DNA of 64,000 nucleotides, taken from sequence record OR776998; one strand, 5' to 3'. A program made the position numbers and the translations under genes. Source of the stretch: Escherichia phage YX22. The notes beneath the pieces were generated by a model that did no database searches, was not told where the DNA came from, and saw only the letters and a program-made list of their open reading frames with translations. This document shows, in pieces, positions 63,501-64,000 of this stretch; position 1 is the first letter of the stretch, and every line of letters begins with the position of its first letter.

Positions 63501-63593
63501 TTCGTCTTCTTTGACACCGAAATTTCGAGCGATAGATTGTTTGTTAACTTCTATGGAAGTGGAGCCGCGTGGTTGATTGAATTGAGAAATCAT
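60567..63593 (-). CDS. Tailspike protein with BNR/Asp-box (sialidase-like beta-propeller) domain, 1008 aa
   Basis: N-terminal anchor module shared with the 55580-57493 protein; Asp-box-like motifs SGDDGQTW and SHDLGMTW; late-promoter element upstream. Confidence 0.7.
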   Translation of the reverse strand: MISQFNQPRGSTSIEVNKQSIARNFGVKEDEVVYFTAGIDLSGFKVIYDESTQRAYSLPSGIVSGTTAVSLNEQAILAHSAGSVDLGELAVSREEYVTLPGSFDTGATLNVKNELLTHVAGKYRWEGEFPKTVPAGSTPGSTGGTGTGAWVSVGDASLRSQLSDPDGATKYPDLQIARWRDTFDPRGWNAKGDGVTDDTSALNGVLNAAPVGQKINGNGKTYKVTSLPDISRFVNTRFVYERIPGQPLYYASEEFVQGELFKITDTPYYNAWPQDKAFVYDDVIYCPFMASDRHGVSRLHVSWVRSGDDGQTWTTPEWLTDLHPDYPTVNYHCMSMGVMRNRLFAMIETRTLASNALVTCELWDRPMSRNYHPTGGITKAANQPVAVITIPEHGLFAGDFVNFSNSGVTGVSGNMTVTSVIDRNTFTVTTPNQQAFDQNNSTSRWHMGTSFHESPWRKTSLGLIPMVTEVHSFTAINNDSFMMGYHQGDVAPREVGMLYFPDAFNNPGLYQKRRIPADYEPDAAEPCVKYFDGVLYVLTRGTRSDRLGSSLHRSHDLGMTWESLRFPNNVHHSTLPFAKVGNELIIFATERADNEWEANVPDQRYFTSYPRTFYTRVNLDTWNLDNTQWVNITDQIYQGGIVNSGVGVGSVVVKDSYIYYMFGGEDHLNPWTYGDNSAKDPFKSDGHPSDLYCYKMKIGPDNRVSRDFRYGAVPDRAVPVFFDTNGVRTVPAPMEFTGDLGLGHVTLRASTSNNIRSEMLLEGEYGFIGKSVPTNNPAGQRTIFCGGEGTSSSTGAQITLYGANNTASRRIVYNGAEHLFQTADVKPYNDNAIALGGPSNRFTTAYLGSNPIVTSNGEKKTEPVVFDDAFLDAWGDVHYIMYQWLDAVQLKGNEARIHFGVIAQQIRDVFIAHGLMDENSTDCRYAVLCYDKYPRMTDMVFSHNEIVEHTDEEGNVTTTEEPVFTEVVIHEEGEEWGVRPDGIFFAEAAYQRRKLERIEARLSALEQK
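63125..63593 (-). repeat. Diverged direct repeat: tailspike N-terminal anchor module (copy B)
   Basis: Paralogous to 57040-57493. Confidence 0.7.
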
Positions 63594-63596
63594 GAT

Positions 63597-63672
63597 AATA
63601 CCCCATAAAGGATGACCAATATGGGGTATTTAGGCTGAACTAATAAATTTATGAACAAAGGTATAACAAGAA
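63597..63672. repeat. Repeated promoter cassette (copy 2)
   Basis: Near-identical to 60218-60293; here the small plus ORF is reduced to a 33-codon remnant running into a hairpin. Confidence 0.8.
63621..63633 (-). promoter_or_regulatory. Late-promoter-like element CAGCCTAAATACCCCAT
   Basis: About 30 nt upstream of the tailspike ATG at 63593. Confidence 0.5.
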
Positions 63673-63695
63673 CCCTGCCGAAGAGGGGGTTAGTT

Positions 63696-64000
63696 TTACG
63701 GGTAAGCACTCTCGAACTTACAGAACCAAGTCGTTCCTCCATCAGTTGTTGACAACCTAAAAACTTGTGTTCCAGCTGCTGTCAAAGATGGGGTACTACT
63801 TGCTAATATAACATTTGCACCAAATGTTATTGTTTTAGATGTTGTTGAATAGACAGCCAAAAGAACCTCAACATAACCAATTAGTGTATTTGTTAATACT
63901 GCTGGAGTTATTGTTACATCTCCTGTAACTGTAGCTGCGATGTAAGATGCGTCTGAAAAGTCAGGCGCATAACTTGCTGTTGGCGTCTCGAACTTTGGAT
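63696..64000 (-). CDS. C-terminal end of a further minus-strand gene (probable additional tail fibre/tailspike); start beyond the window end
   Basis: Own translation of the minus strand is open from the window end to TAA at 63696-63698, ending ...TDGGTTWFCKFESAYP; T/S/G-rich like receptor-binding proteins; not in the ORF track because no start lies in the window. Confidence 0.45.
   Translation of the reverse strand, partial: PKFETPTASYAPDFSDASYIAATVTGDVTITPAVLTNTLIGYVEVLLAVYSTTSKTITFGANVILASSTPSLTAAGTQVFRLSTTDGGTTWFCKFESAYP

Noticed and set aside
63673-63695. Terminator hairpin at the third promoter cassette
   Set aside because: Stem (CCCTGCC/GAGGGGG region) is imperfect compared with the clean hairpins at 55540 and 60541; not called.

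Overview
This window reads as a contiguous stretch of a T4-like myovirus genome, almost entirely transcribed on the minus strand. The family assignment is inference from synteny and motifs; the multi-tailspike array and higher GC than T4 suggest an Ackermannviridae-like or distant Tevenvirinae-like phage. From left to right: (1) a replication/recombination block (gp46 partial, gp47, gp55 late sigma, a true RNase HI, a DinG/XPD-type Fe-S helicase, an HU-like protein); (2) an accessory island of small, secreted, lipoprotein and unknown genes (6.9-11.8 kb); (3) a three-gene cassette bracketed by hairpin terminators that encodes a small protein, a 733-aa vWA/MIDAS protein and an acyl-carrier-protein-like protein whose phosphopantetheine-attachment serine is replaced by glutamate; (4) an overlapping Prs-like plus NAMPT-like gene pair (NAD+ salvage or reconstitution, likely anti-defence); (5) large unassigned ORFs; (6) regA, gp62, gp44, a GIY-YIG homing endonuclease, gp45; (7) uvsW, a PD-(D/E)XK nuclease, uvsY; (8) small genes including a SLOG-like protein and a Vsr-like zinc-finger endonuclease; (9) the late structural block gp23 through gp13, including a terminase large subunit interrupted by a 159-aa mini-intein in its Walker A motif and a second GIY-YIG endonuclease between gp19 and gp18; (10) a giant structural protein and an array of tailspike genes with a shared N-terminal anchor module and repeated promoter/small-ORF cassettes. 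Late promoters carry a variant core CTAAATA(C/T)C rather than T4's TATAAATA. The most likely candidate for an undescribed system is the vWA plus serine-less ACP-like cassette next to the NAD+ operon. No rRNA, tRNA or CRISPR array was found. All calls rest on reading the translations and sequence by eye; no database search was run, and hand-counted coordinates of non-coding elements may be off by 1-2 nt.
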